A DNA stretch of 55,479 bases from Candidatus Methylomirabilia bacterium (GTDB lineage Bacteria > Methylomirabilota > Methylomirabilia > Rokubacteriales > CSP1-6): contig JBGPXN010000007.1 of NCBI GenBank assembly GCA_041492755.1, forward strand, positions 1 through 55,479. The letters run 5' to 3'. The notes under the pieces are model-generated. The model was given only the letters and a program-made list of their open reading frames with translations, was not told the DNA's origin and made no database searches. Each line of letters starts with the position of its first letter. Position 1 is the first letter of the stretch. Of this stretch, positions 1 through 9,233 are shown piece after piece. Position numbers and translations under genes: made by a program.

Positions 1-23
1 CGGCGCACGACTCATCGACATGG

Positions 24-1883
24 TCAGCGCGCCGGAAAGTTCATGGCGTCGACGAAGATCTGCTCGAAGTCGGGATGCGCGGCCAGCGAGACGTGCTCGA
101 TGGCGGCGGCGATCTCGGCCGTGCGGGCGCGCTCGGGCTCCGACAGCAGGCAGAGCTGCGCCCCGAGCGAGGCGGCGTTGCCGACGTACCGGATGCGCTC
201 GATCGGCAGCGGCGGGACGAGGCCGATGCGGAGGGCGCTCGGGATCGAGACGTAGTTGCCGAAGCCGCCCGCGAGCATGAGCTCGGTCACGGCGTCGTTG
301 CCGATGCCGGCCACGTGGAGCAGCATCGCGATCCCCGACGCGATCGCGCCCTTGGCGAGCTGCACCTGTCGGACGTCGTCCTGGGTGAGGACGATCTCCC
401 GGGGGGCCTCCGCTTCGGCCGCCCGCACCACGATGACCTGGCGCTCTTCACCCCGCATCACGATCCGATCGCGGAGCGCGCCGGGGAAGCGGTCACGATC
501 GTCCACCTGGATGAGCCCGGTGGCGTCGATGACGCCGGCGTCGAGCAAGCCGGCGATGAGGTCGATGAGTCCCGAGCCGCAGATGCCGAGGGCCGGGGTT
601 TCACCGATGGTGTGCACGCGCACGTCGTCGTCGACGCGGACACGATCGATCGCGCCCAGGGCGCCCCGCATCCCATGCTTGATCTGCGCCCCCTCGAGGG
701 CGGGACCGGCCGGCGCCGACGCCGCCCACAGACGATCGCGCGAGCCGAGGATGACCTCGCCATTCGTCCCGATGTCGACGGCCACCCGGATGTCGGGGCT
801 CGCATAGAGCCGGGTGGCGAGGGTGACCGCCACCGCGTCGGCGCCCACGAACCCGGCGACGATCGGGAGCAGGCAGACTTGCGCGTCCGGCGGCAGCTTC
901 AGCTTGAGCTCGCGGGCGGGCAGCACGAGCGCGTGGCGCATCACGGGCGCGTAGGGGGCGAGCCCGACCCACGAGGGATCGATGCCGAGGAGCAGGTGGT
1001 GCATGCACGTGTTGCCGACGACCACGACCTTGTAGATCCATTTGGCGAGGACGCCCGACTCGCGGCACACGTGCTCGAGGTGCTGGTTGAGGAGCCCGAC
1101 GATGCGCGTGTGCAGCTTGCGGAGGTTGCCCGGGTTGAACTGGGCGAAGGCGATCCGGGACATGAGGTCGCCGCCGAAGACGGCCTGGGGATTGAGGCTC
1201 GACACCGAGGCGAGCTGCTCGCCGGACTGAAGCTCGATGAGCGTGGTCACCACACTGGTGGTGCCGACGTCGATGGCGAGTCCGAACTTCATCAGCGCGG
1301 TGTCGCCCGGCTCGACCGCGAGCAGCTGGTCGCCGAAGGTCGTGACGGTCACGGTGCCGCCGTCCGCGCGCAGCGCGGCCGGAAGCGTCGCGAGGACTCC
1401 CGGACCCACCGCGCCCACCGTGAGCCCGACCGCGGCCACGAGCTGCTCGAGATCGGACGTCTGATGATGCTCGTCGCGCGGCACGTCGACCTTCACCACC
1501 TGCTTGTGGATCCCCGATTCGATGGCGATGCCGGTGCCGACGCCGGGACCGGCGCCCAGGATCTGAAACGACTGCTCCAGCCGCGGGGGATCGACGCGCA
1601 CCGTGACCGCGTCCGAGAGCGCGCACTGGCAGGCGAGTCGGTAACCCTCGCGGACGAGGTCGTCGCCGAGCTGCAGCTCGTCGGCAATGGTCGGGGGCGG
1701 GATGGTGCCGGCCTCGAACTTCACCCGGCACGACGTGCAGCGGCCCCGGCCGCCGCACGTTGCGGTGATGTCGATCCCGCCGGCGTGGGCGGCCTTGAGG
1801 ATCGTCGTCCCCGGAGCCGCGGTCAGCGTTCGGCGCGCCGCCGCGTCGCCGGCGTCGGTGATGACGGTGAGCGAGACGGCCAC
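24..1883 (-). CDS. ASKHA-domain reductive activator of corrinoid proteins (RACo/DUF4445) with N-terminal [2Fe-2S] ferredoxin domain
   Basis: C-terminal part of ORF 24..4079. Shows CGGRGRCTSC...RLACQC (2Fe-2S), AIDVGTTSV, VDIGTNGE, AGPALEG, GICGSG, LAGGFG and GNAASLGA. GTG start at 1883 lies 8 nt after TACAAT. Confidence 0.9.
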   Translation of the reverse strand: MAVSLTVITDAGDAAARRTLTAAPGTTILKAAHAGGIDITATCGGRGRCTSCRVKFEAGTIPPPTIADELQLGDDLVREGYRLACQCALSDAVTVRVDPPRLEQSFQILGAGPGVGTGIAIESGIHKQVVKVDVPRDEHHQTSDLEQLVAAVGLTVGAVGPGVLATLPAALRADGGTVTVTTFGDQLLAVEPGDTALMKFGLAIDVGTTSVVTTLIELQSGEQLASVSSLNPQAVFGGDLMSRIAFAQFNPGNLRKLHTRIVGLLNQHLEHVCRESGVLAKWIYKVVVVGNTCMHHLLLGIDPSWVGLAPYAPVMRHALVLPARELKLKLPPDAQVCLLPIVAGFVGADAVAVTLATRLYASPDIRVAVDIGTNGEVILGSRDRLWAASAPAGPALEGAQIKHGMRGALGAIDRVRVDDDVRVHTIGETPALGICGSGLIDLIAGLLDAGVIDATGLIQVDDRDRFPGALRDRIVMRGEERQVIVVRAAEAEAPREIVLTQDDVRQVQLAKGAIASGIAMLLHVAGIGNDAVTELMLAGGFGNYVSIPSALRIGLVPPLPIERIRYVGNAASLGAQLCLLSEPERARTAEIAAAIEHVSLAAHPDFEQIFVDAMNFPAR

Positions 1884-1936
1884 GAGCGCTGATTGTACCC
1901 TTGCTCGAGGGGGGACCGGCCGGTATGCTCGCGCGG

Positions 1937-2119
1937 ATGACGACGTCCAGCCTCGACGATTTCCGACGACTCGCCCGCACGGCGGGTTTCGACTGGTCCG
2001 ATCAAGAGCTCCAGGCCCTGCTTCCCGCCTTCGAGCGGAGCGTCGCGCTGCTGCGAAGCCTGGACGACGTCGCCCTCGGCGACCTCGAGCCGACGACCCA
2101 TTACAGAGTCTTGTCGTGA
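1937..2119 (+). CDS. Small GatC/AtzG-like amidase partner protein
   Basis: 60 aa (LARTAGFDWSDQELQALLPAFERSVALLRSLDDVALGDLEPTTHY) resembling the GatC-like pattern; directly upstream of an amidase. Confidence 0.6.
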   Translation: MTTSSLDDFRRLARTAGFDWSDQELQALLPAFERSVALLRSLDDVALGDLEPTTHYRVLS

Positions 2120-2168
2120 ACCCGCGACCGCGTGCCCCGCTGGCGGTCGGCATCCCGGCGGCGACGCC

Positions 2169-3584
2169 ATGACCGACCTGCACTGGACCTCGATGACGGA
2201 GCTGGCGCGGCTCGTCGCCGGCAAGCAAGTCTCGCCGGTCGATGTGGTCCGTGCGCACCTCGAGCGCATCGCCACGCTCGACCCGTCCTTGAAGGCGTTC
2301 ATCACGGTGTGCGCGGATGCGGCCATGGAAGCCGCGCGCGCCGCCGAGAGCGCGCTCGTCAAGGACGGTCCCGCGGGTCCGCTGCACGGCGTGCCGATCG
2401 CGCTCAAGGACCTCTTCAACACGGCCGGCGTGCGCACCACCGGCGGCTCGCGCATCCTGGCCGACTCGGTGCCGTCCGCCGACGCGACGGTGGTGAGCCG
2501 GCTGCGCGCGGCCGGAGCCATCGTGCTCGGCAAGCTCAACATGCACGAGTTCGCCTACGGCCCGGAAGGGCTGAACGAGCACTACGGTCACGCGCGCAAT
2601 CCGTGGGACGCTGCCGCGCAGCGCGTCGCGGGTGGCTCGTCCTCCGGCGCGGGGGTCGCCGTGGCGGCGGGGCTCGCGCCCGGCGCGCTCGGTTCCGACA
2701 CCGGCGGCTCGATCCGGATCCCGGCGTCGCTGTGCGGGATCACCGGGCTCAAGCCGACGTATGGCCGGGTGAGCCGGGCCGGCGTGCTGCCGCTCGCGTG
2801 GTCGATGGACCACGTGGGGCCCATGACGCGCACGGCGGCGGATTGCGCGTTGCTGCTCGGTTCGATGGCCGGTTACGACCCCAAAGACGCGAGCACGAGC
2901 GTGCTGCCCGTCCCCGACTACGGGGCGGCGCTCACGGGCGACGTCAAAGGGCTGCGGGTCGGACTGCTGCGCGCGTATTTTCTCGAGTCCGCCGACCCGG
3001 AAGTGGCCTCGGCGGTGGAGGCGGCGGCGCAGACGCTCCGGCGGCTCGGCGCGGTCGTGGACGACGCTCAGATCGAGCACGTCGGCCACGTCCCGGCGGC
3101 CTCCTTCGCCGTGCTGGCCGCCGAGGCCCTGGCGTATCACGCCGGGTGGCTGCGGACACGGTCGTCGGAGTACGGCCGGGACGTCATCGATCGGCTTCGT
3201 CTCGGCGTCGCCGTGTCGGGCGCGGACTACGTCCGCGGTCAGCAGGTGCGCGGGCTCGTGCGGGGCGCGGTGGATCAGGCGCTCGCGCGCCGCGACGTGC
3301 TGCTCGCCCCGGCCACGCCGATCGCGGCGCCGACGCTGGGACAGACCGACGTGGTGATCCGTGGCCAGACGGTGGACGTGCGCGCCAGCCTCATCCGGTT
3401 CACCCGGCCGTTCAACCTGTCGGGGCACCCCGCGTGCTCGGTGCCGTGCGGGATGACGGCATCCGGGTTGCCGGTCGGCATGCAGCTCGTCGGCCGGCCG
3501 TTCGACGAGGCGACCGTCCTCCGCGCGGCGGACGCGTGGCAGCGCGCTACCGATTGGCACGCACGCCGGCCGCCGCTGGCGTGA
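2169..3584 (+). CDS. Amidase signature family enzyme (GatA/AtzE-like)
   Basis: GPLHGVPIALKD, GGSSSGA and GSDTGGSIRIPAS motifs. No gatB nearby. Confidence 0.92.
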   Translation: MTDLHWTSMTELARLVAGKQVSPVDVVRAHLERIATLDPSLKAFITVCADAAMEAARAAESALVKDGPAGPLHGVPIALKDLFNTAGVRTTGGSRILADSVPSADATVVSRLRAAGAIVLGKLNMHEFAYGPEGLNEHYGHARNPWDAAAQRVAGGSSSGAGVAVAAGLAPGALGSDTGGSIRIPASLCGITGLKPTYGRVSRAGVLPLAWSMDHVGPMTRTAADCALLLGSMAGYDPKDASTSVLPVPDYGAALTGDVKGLRVGLLRAYFLESADPEVASAVEAAAQTLRRLGAVVDDAQIEHVGHVPAASFAVLAAEALAYHAGWLRTRSSEYGRDVIDRLRLGVAVSGADYVRGQQVRGLVRGAVDQALARRDVLLAPATPIAAPTLGQTDVVIRGQTVDVRASLIRFTRPFNLSGHPACSVPCGMTASGLPVGMQLVGRPFDEATVLRAADAWQRATDWHARRPPLA

Positions 3585-3620
3585 TCCCGGCGCGCGTGAC
3601 GATCTCGAGGGAGGGTCCGG

Positions 3621-4025
3621 ATGGATGACGTGAGCCTCGACCGGCGGCTCGCCGCGCTGGAATCGCGGCTGGAGCGGTTGGAATCGCTGCTCGGTCGGGT
3701 CACCGATCGGCTCGATCAGCCCGGGGTCGACGTCGATGCCGCGCGGTCGAGCATTCAGTCGTGGGTGACCGAATACGTGTCGCTCCGTCTGCAGCAGCTG
3801 GTGCCGGAGACCTGCGAGCACGAGCCGGCGCCGGACGTGCCCGCCGAGGGCCCGGTGCTCCCGGGCACGCGCATCCGCTGTACGGACGAGGTCCTGCATC
3901 GACTCGGTCGGATTCCGATTCCGTTCGTGCGGCAGATGGTCATGCAGAAAGTGGCCGACACCGCCCGCGCGGAGAACGTGCCGGTGGTCGACGTGCCGTT
4001 CTTCGAGCGGGCCGCGACCTTTTGA
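3621..4025 (+). CDS. Hypothetical protein with C-terminal PCP_red-like domain
   Basis: C-terminal TDEVLHRLGRIPIPFVRQMVMQKVADTARAENVPVVD matches the PCP_red pattern; N-terminal coiled coil; GGAGG RBS. Confidence 0.65.
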   Translation: MDDVSLDRRLAALESRLERLESLLGRVTDRLDQPGVDVDAARSSIQSWVTEYVSLRLQQLVPETCEHEPAPDVPAEGPVLPGTRIRCTDEVLHRLGRIPIPFVRQMVMQKVADTARAENVPVVDVPFFERAATF

Positions 4026-4086
4026 CAGTGCAAGCTCTCGGGGGAGGATCTCCTGAGTGTTCAGCACTGGCAGCAGCACGTGGGCG

Positions 4087-4383
4087 GTGGACTCCGATTC
4101 TGAGCCCGTCCGCGTCCCGATCGAAGACGCGCTCGACCTGCACGCGTTCGCGCCCCGCGACGTCCGCTCGGTCGTCGACGACTACCTGCACGCCGCCGCC
4201 GAGCGCGGCTTCACCGAAGTCCGACTGATCCACGGCCGCGGACGGGGCGTGCAGCGCGCCAGCGTGCAAAGCCTGCTCGCGCGCCATCCGCTCGTGCTGA
4301 GCTTTGCCGACGCGTCGCCCGAGCGCGGCGGCTGGGGCGCGACGATCGTCCGCTTGCGGTCCGAGCCGCGCCGGAGCTGGTGA
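4087..4383 (+). CDS. Smr/MutS2 C-terminal domain protein
   Basis: LDLHAF...IHGRGRGVQR...GGWGATIV motifs. The start codon is uncertain (4057 or 4087). Confidence 0.85.
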   Translation: MDSDSEPVRVPIEDALDLHAFAPRDVRSVVDDYLHAAAERGFTEVRLIHGRGRGVQRASVQSLLARHPLVLSFADASPERGGWGATIVRLRSEPRRSW

Positions 4384-4384
4384 A

Positions 4385-4460
4385 ATGGGGGGCCCCGAAA
4401 TGGCCCCCCATACCCCCCCGGCGCTCGGAGCGCCCCGGCGTAGCCGGGGCACTCCTCGAT
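4385..4460 (-). repeat. Family-1 intergenic two-hairpin repeat (REP-like), reverse copy
   Basis: ATGGGGGGCCCCGAAATGGCCCCCCATACCCCCC...GCGCTCGG...CTCCTCGAT is the reverse complement of the copy at 41500-41580. Confidence 0.85.
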
Positions 4461-4520
4461 ATCCCAACAGGCTCCCAGCCTAGGCTAGGCCAGAACTAGG
4501 ACGGAGCTGGGCCCGTCGAC

Positions 4521-4545
4521 GCCGGAGGGGGCGGAGCGCTCTCCG
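4521..4545. repeat. Family-2 GC hairpin repeat (degenerate)
   Basis: GCCGGAGGGGGCGGAGCGCTCTCCG resembles 38717-38745 and 47974-48006. Confidence 0.45.
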
Positions 4546-4549
4546 CGGA

Positions 4550-5323
4550 TCAATCTTTGTCGGCGCGCAGGAGAAACTGGCGATCGGTGAAGGCGACGAC
4601 CGCCGTCTCGGTGAGCTCGAAGGCGAACGCCTGACGGCAGCGGTCCGGCGCCGCCTGGACGAAGGCGTCGAGCTCGGCGCGCGCGGCGGGCGTCATGCGC
4701 ATTCGCCCCGTCCACTCCTCCCACGGCCGCACCTTGTGGATGAGCCCTTCGTCGATGATGGTGAGCCCGGCGCCCCGCAGCAGCGCCTTCCACTCGACGG
4801 CCCGGTACGAGCGCACGTGCGAGGGATCTCGGCGCCGCTCGACCTCGAGGATGAACGCGGCGCAGTCGGAATCGTCGTGGCCGAGGATGTCTTGCAGGAG
4901 GAACGTGCCGCCGGGCCGGATCACGCGCGCGATCTCGCGGACGGCGGCGCCGACGTTGGCGAAGTGATGGGCCGCGATCCGGCACGTCACCACGTCGAAG
5001 GCGCCGTCGTGGAACGGAAGGCTCTCCACGTTCCCGGCCGCGAATAGGACGTCCGCGCCGCGTGATCGGGTGAAGTCGCGCGCCGCGCGCAGCATCGGCT
5101 CGGTGAGGTCATACGCGACGACCCGGGGCGCGACCGCCGTGAAGGCGACGGCGGTGTGGCCGCCGCCGGTGGCGACGTCGAGCACGCGGGAGGGGCGCCG
5201 CGCGCGGCCCCAGGCCACCAGTTGCTCGAGGTCGTCGCCCGCCGCGTGGCCGGCACTGGTGACGTACGCCGCCGCGCTCGGCCCGAACTGGGCCTGCACG
5301 CGGCTCGCGTGCGTCTCGCTCAT
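4550..5323 (-). CDS. Class I SAM-dependent methyltransferase (UbiE/YcgJ-like)
   Basis: VLDVATGGGHT, ESLPFHDGAFDVVTCRIAAHHF and RDPSHVR motifs. Confidence 0.9.
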   Translation of the reverse strand: MSETHASRVQAQFGPSAAAYVTSAGHAAGDDLEQLVAWGRARRPSRVLDVATGGGHTAVAFTAVAPRVVAYDLTEPMLRAARDFTRSRGADVLFAAGNVESLPFHDGAFDVVTCRIAAHHFANVGAAVREIARVIRPGGTFLLQDILGHDDSDCAAFILEVERRRDPSHVRSYRAVEWKALLRGAGLTIIDEGLIHKVRPWEEWTGRMRMTPAARAELDAFVQAAPDRCRQAFAFELTETAVVAFTDRQFLLRADKD

Positions 5324-5502
5324 GGCGCCTTCTTGGCGCGACGCTCGGTGAGGTGGCGATACAGAAAGTCCGTGTCGAGTGGCGACAGATCGAAAAGGCG
5401 GGAGGCCTCGTCGATGAGCTTGACGCTGTCGGCCTGGGCATTGTCGACGAGCTGATCTTCGATCCACTTCACGGCTTGCCTGATCGGGGCTTCACCCGCC
5501 AT
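5320..5502 (-). CDS. Small hypothetical protein (60 aa)
   Basis: MAGEAPIRQAVKWIEDQL...FDLSPLDTDFL; GGGAGGA RBS; stop overlaps the methyltransferase start (ATGA). Confidence 0.7.
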   Translation of the reverse strand: MAGEAPIRQAVKWIEDQLVDNAQADSVKLIDEASRLFDLSPLDTDFLYRHLTERRAKKAP

Positions 5503-5563
5503 CTCGTCCTCCCACCTGAGGCTTGGACTCGCTACGTGATCTTGGCCCGGCCGGTTCAAGCGG

Positions 5564-5878
5564 CTACTTGCCGGTCTCCCGCTCGTACTTCGTCTCCCGC
5601 TCGTACTTCGTCTTCCACTCCTTGTTCACGTCCTCGATGCCGGGAATGTGCTTGATGGTGGACCACGCGGCGCGCGCGCGACCGCGCATCGCGTACATCA
5701 GGGTCTCGCTGATCTCGTCCTCGGTGGCGCCGGCTTGCTTCGCAGCCGCGAAGCGTCCGGGCACTCAGGACGTGCAGCCGGCCGCCGCCATCGCCGCCAG
5801 CGCGACCAGCTGCATGGTCTTGGGGTCGAGCGCCCCTTCCCGGTAGAAGATTCCCGCGAACTCCTTCATCTCGCCCAT
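5564..5878 (-). CDS. AhpD/carboxymuconolactone decarboxylase-family selenoprotein (CxxU), 104 aa
   Basis: GGAGG RBS, then MGEMKEFAGIFYREGALDPKTMQLVALAAMAAAGCTS-[TGA 5765-5767]-VPGRFAAAKQAGATEDEISETL. The CMD-family pattern is continuous across the TGA. Confidence 0.85.
5574..5613. repeat. 18-bp tandem duplication encoding TKYERE twice
   Basis: GTCTCCCGCTCGTACTTC occurs twice in tandem. Confidence 0.85.
5730..5764 (-). promoter_or_regulatory. Putative bacterial SECIS element
   Basis: Immediately 3' of the UGA: CCGG-AC-GCTTCGC-GGCT-GCGAAGC-AA-GCCGG, a 7-bp stem with a G-initiated apical loop starting 18 nt after the UGA. Confidence 0.75.
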
Positions 5879-5913
5879 AGCGTCCTCCACGAACGGGATC
5901 GAACGGTGCCGCC

Positions 5914-5919
5914 ATTATA
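5914..5919 (-). promoter_or_regulatory. -10 element for the selenoprotein/methyltransferase cluster
   Basis: Perfect TATAAT on the minus strand, 35 nt upstream of ATG 5878, in a high-GC background. Confidence 0.6.
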
Positions 5920-6048
5920 CCGGCACCACCCCGGCGCGACACCCGTCCCCCCCCCCCGCGGGCCCGGGGTTTCCCGGGGGCGATTGGCCGGGGCCACGCC
6001 GTACCAATTGGGGCTTGACCTTTGCCGTTTCAGAGCAAAAATGGTCTA

Positions 6049-7584
6049 GTGAGGATCGGTGTGAACATCACCCTCGATCGCAGCCAGCCGGTGCCGCTCG
6101 CGCGGCAGCTCCAGACGCATCTCGAGCGTCTGATGCGCGAGGGGCTCCTGCGGCCCGGCGTGAAGCTGCCGGCGACGCGGGAGCTCGCGCGCGACCTCGG
6201 CGTGAACCGTGCCACCGTGGTCCTCGCGTACGAGGAGCTGGTGGCGGCGGGATGGGCGCGCTCGCACGTGGGGCAGGGAACGTTCGTGGCCGAGCGCGCC
6301 GGCGACGGGTCCGACGGCCCGCCGCGCCCGGCGCCGGCGCGGGCCCCGATCGACTGGTCCGGGCTGTTCTCCCGGAGCGCGCACATCGTCGAGGAGCAGC
6401 GCCTCCGGGCGCCGGCCCCGCCGGGCGCCGCGCGCGCCGGCCTCATCTCGTTCGCGGGCGGCATGCCGGACAGCGCGCTGTTTCCGACCGACGGCTTCCG
6501 CCGGGCGCTGAACCAGGTGATCCGCGAGGAAGGCGCCGACCTCCTTCAGTACTACCCGGCGGCCGGCTATCCGCCGCTGCGCCAGTACCTCTCCACGTAC
6601 CTGCTGCGCTTCGGGGTGGAGGCGCGGCCGGAAGAGATCCTCATCGTCAACGGCTCGCAGCAGGGCTTCGACCTCATCGCGCGGACGTTTCTGGATCCGG
6701 GTGACGTGGTCGCCATCGAGCAGCCGACGTATCCGCGGGCGATGCAGGCCTTCCGCGCTTTCGGCGCGCAGCTGCTCGCCGTGGCGTGGGACGACGGGGG
6801 GCCGCGCGCCGACACCTTCGAGCGCCTGCTGGAGCGCCATGCGGCCAAGCTGTTCTACACGCAGCCGAGCGCGCACAATCCGACCGGGCTCTCCATGAGC
6901 GAGCCGACGCGCCGGCGCTTGCTCGCCGCGGCCGGCCGACATCAAGTACCAATCGTGGAGGACGGCTTCGACGGCAGCCTTTATTATGGAGAGCGGCCGC
7001 AGCGACCGCTCAAGGCCGACGATCGTGACGGCGTGGTGATATACATCGGCACGTTCTCGAAGATCCTGTTCCCGGGCCTTCGGTTGGGCTGGCTGGTTGC
7101 GCCCACGCCGGTGCTGGAGCGCTTGCAAGCGGCCAAGCAGCTGGCGGACCTGCACACGAGCGCGCTGCTGCAAGCGGCCGTGCACCGGTTCTGCGCGCGC
7201 CGGCTCCTCGACCGTCACGCCCAGCGCGTCGCGCGCGAGTACGCGCGCCGGCGGGGTCTGCTGCTGGAGGCGCTGGGGAAACGGATGCCGGACGGCGTGA
7301 CGTGGACGGAGCCCTCGGGTGGGTTCTCGCTGCTGCTGACGCTTCCGCCCGCGCTGAACGCGCGAGCGCTGCTGCCCCGCGCGATCGAGCGTGGCGTCGC
7401 CTTCACGCCGGGCGACGTGTTCTTTCTCGAGCGCGGCGGCGAGGGCACCCTGCGGCTGTCGTTCTCGTCGGTGGCGGCGGCCAAGATCGACGATGGCGTG
7501 CGGCGCTTGGCGGACTCGATCCGTGAAGCCATTCGGCGCCCGGTGAGCCGCCGGCCCGAGCGCGCGGCCGTCCCGGTGGTGTGA
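6049..7584 (+). CDS. pdxR: MocR/PdxR-type GntR regulator with PLP aminotransferase-like domain
   Basis: [44 protein letters not shown]; directly upstream of pdxST. Start is 6049 or 6061. Confidence 0.85.
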   Translation: MRIGVNITLDRSQPVPLARQLQTHLERLMREGLLRPGVKLPATRELARDLGVNRATVVLAYEELVAAGWARSHVGQGTFVAERAGDGSDGPPRPAPARAPIDWSGLFSRSAHIVEEQRLRAPAPPGAARAGLISFAGGMPDSALFPTDGFRRALNQVIREEGADLLQYYPAAGYPPLRQYLSTYLLRFGVEARPEEILIVNGSQQGFDLIARTFLDPGDVVAIEQPTYPRAMQAFRAFGAQLLAVAWDDGGPRADTFERLLERHAAKLFYTQPSAHNPTGLSMSEPTRRRLLAAAGRHQVPIVEDGFDGSLYYGERPQRPLKADDRDGVVIYIGTFSKILFPGLRLGWLVAPTPVLERLQAAKQLADLHTSALLQAAVHRFCARRLLDRHAQRVAREYARRRGLLLEALGKRMPDGVTWTEPSGGFSLLLTLPPALNARALLPRAIERGVAFTPGDVFFLERGGEGTLRLSFSSVAAAKIDDGVRRLADSIREAIRRPVSRRPERAAVPVV

Positions 7585-7682
7585 AGGGCGACGATTCCCG
7601 TGCCGGCCATCGGTCCGGCGTGTCGGGCGGGAGCGGCGGTTGGTCTCGCGGACGTGGGATGGATAGACGAAAGGAGAGGGTC

Positions 7683-8579
7683 ATGACGGAGCTGAACGGA
7701 TTGCGGGTGGCGGATCGCAAGCACATCGGCCTCGCCGAGATGCTCAAGGGCGGAGTCATCATGGACGTCACCAATGCCGAGCAGGCGAAGGTTGCCGAGA
7801 AAGCGGGGGCGGTGGCGGTGATGGCGCTCGAGCGCGTACCCTCGGACATCCGGCGCGATGGAGGCGTCGCGCGGATGGCCTCGGTGCGGAAGATCAAGGA
7901 GATCCAGGAGACGGTGTCGATCCCGGTCATGGCCAAGGCCCGCATCGGTCACTTCGTCGAGGCGCAGATCCTGGAGGCGCTGGCCGTCGACTACATCGAC
8001 GAGTCCGAGGTGCTGACGCCGGCCGACGAGCACTTCCACATCGACAAGTACGCGTTCTCGATTCCGTTCGTGTGCGGCGCGCGCGATCTGGGCGAGGCGC
8101 TCCGCCGCATCGGCGAAGGCGCGGCGATGATCCGGACCAAAGGCGAGGCGGGCTCCGGGAACATCGTCGAGGCCGTGCGCCACATGCGCGCGCTGGTGAG
8201 CGGGATCAAACGCCTCACCACGCTGGGCGACGAGGAGCTGATGACGGAGGCCAAGAACCTCGGCGCACCCTACGAGCTCGTGCGCTGGGTGGGCAAGCAC
8301 GGCAAGCTGCCGGTGCCGAACTTCTCGGCGGGTGGCATCGCCACCCCGGCCGACGCGGCGCTCATGATGCAGCTCGGGGCCGAGGCCGTCTTCGTCGGCT
8401 CGGGCATCTTCAAGTCGAAGGACCCGGCGGCGCGAGCGGACGCCATCGTGCGCGCCACCACCCACTTCCGGGACCCGAAGGTCCTCGCCGAAGTGAGCGT
8501 CGATCTCGACGAGGCGATGGTCGGTCTCGACATCCGCAAGCTCCCCGAGCAGGACCTGCTGCAGACGCGCGGCTGGTAG
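7683..8579 (+). CDS. pdxS: PLP synthase synthase subunit
   Basis: [29 protein letters not shown] and [16 protein letters not shown] motifs. Confidence 0.97.
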   Translation: MTELNGLRVADRKHIGLAEMLKGGVIMDVTNAEQAKVAEKAGAVAVMALERVPSDIRRDGGVARMASVRKIKEIQETVSIPVMAKARIGHFVEAQILEALAVDYIDESEVLTPADEHFHIDKYAFSIPFVCGARDLGEALRRIGEGAAMIRTKGEAGSGNIVEAVRHMRALVSGIKRLTTLGDEELMTEAKNLGAPYELVRWVGKHGKLPVPNFSAGGIATPADAALMMQLGAEAVFVGSGIFKSKDPAARADAIVRATTHFRDPKVLAEVSVDLDEAMVGLDIRKLPEQDLLQTRGW

Positions 8580-8585
8580 CCACTG

Positions 8586-9233
8586 GTGAGGATCGGCGTC
8601 CTCGCCCTCCAGGGCGACTTCGACCTGCATCGCAAGGCCCTCGCGCGCGTCGCCGCGCACGGGGGCCTTGGCGAGCCGGTGGAGTCGGTGGAGGTGCGCA
8701 AGCCCGAGCAGCTGGCCGATCTCGACGGACTCATCATTCCTGGCGGTGAATCGACCACGCTCCTGAAGCTGATAAACGATTGGGGGTTCCCGCCCGCGCT
8801 GGCGGACTTCCACGCCCGGGGCAAGCCGATCTTCGGGACCTGCGCCGGGCTCATCCTGCTCGCGCGCGAGGTGGAGAACCCGCGCCAGGCTGCCCTCGGA
8901 TTCATCGACGTCGGCGTGGAGCGCAACGCCTACGGTCGCCAGCGCGAATCCTTCGAGACGCGCGAGGTCGCCGATCTGGACGGGCCGCGGTCGGTCGAGA
9001 TGGTGTTCATCCGCGCGCCGCGCATCCGGCGCGTCGGGCCCGACGTCAGCGTGCTGGCCCGCCAGGGCGGCGATCCCGTCATGGCCACGCAGGGCCCGGT
9101 CCTGGTGGCGACGTTTCATCCCGAGTTGACCGACGATCCGTCGGTGCACCGCTACTTCTGCGGGATGGTCCAGCGAAGCCGGGGCCCCCGGGTCGGGCCA
9201 GCCGAGCCGGCCGGCCGAGGGGCATCGCGATGA
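8586..9233 (+). CDS. pdxT: PLP synthase glutaminase subunit
   Basis: GVLALQGD, PGGESTT, GTCAGLI, RNAYGRQ and FHPEL motifs. Confidence 0.96.
   Translation: MRIGVLALQGDFDLHRKALARVAAHGGLGEPVESVEVRKPEQLADLDGLIIPGGESTTLLKLINDWGFPPALADFHARGKPIFGTCAGLILLAREVENPRQAALGFIDVGVERNAYGRQRESFETREVADLDGPRSVEMVFIRAPRIRRVGPDVSVLARQGGDPVMATQGPVLVATFHPELTDDPSVHRYFCGMVQRSRGPRVGPAEPAGRGASR

Noticed and set aside
2169..3584. gatA of the GatCAB amidotransferase
   Set aside because: No gatB is adjacent, and it has HEFAYG rather than the GatA-type DEFAMG.
1884..4079. 1351-aa minus-strand ORF as one protein
   Set aside because: The first ~730 codons are the antisense shadow of the amidase operon; only 24..1883 has RACo motifs.
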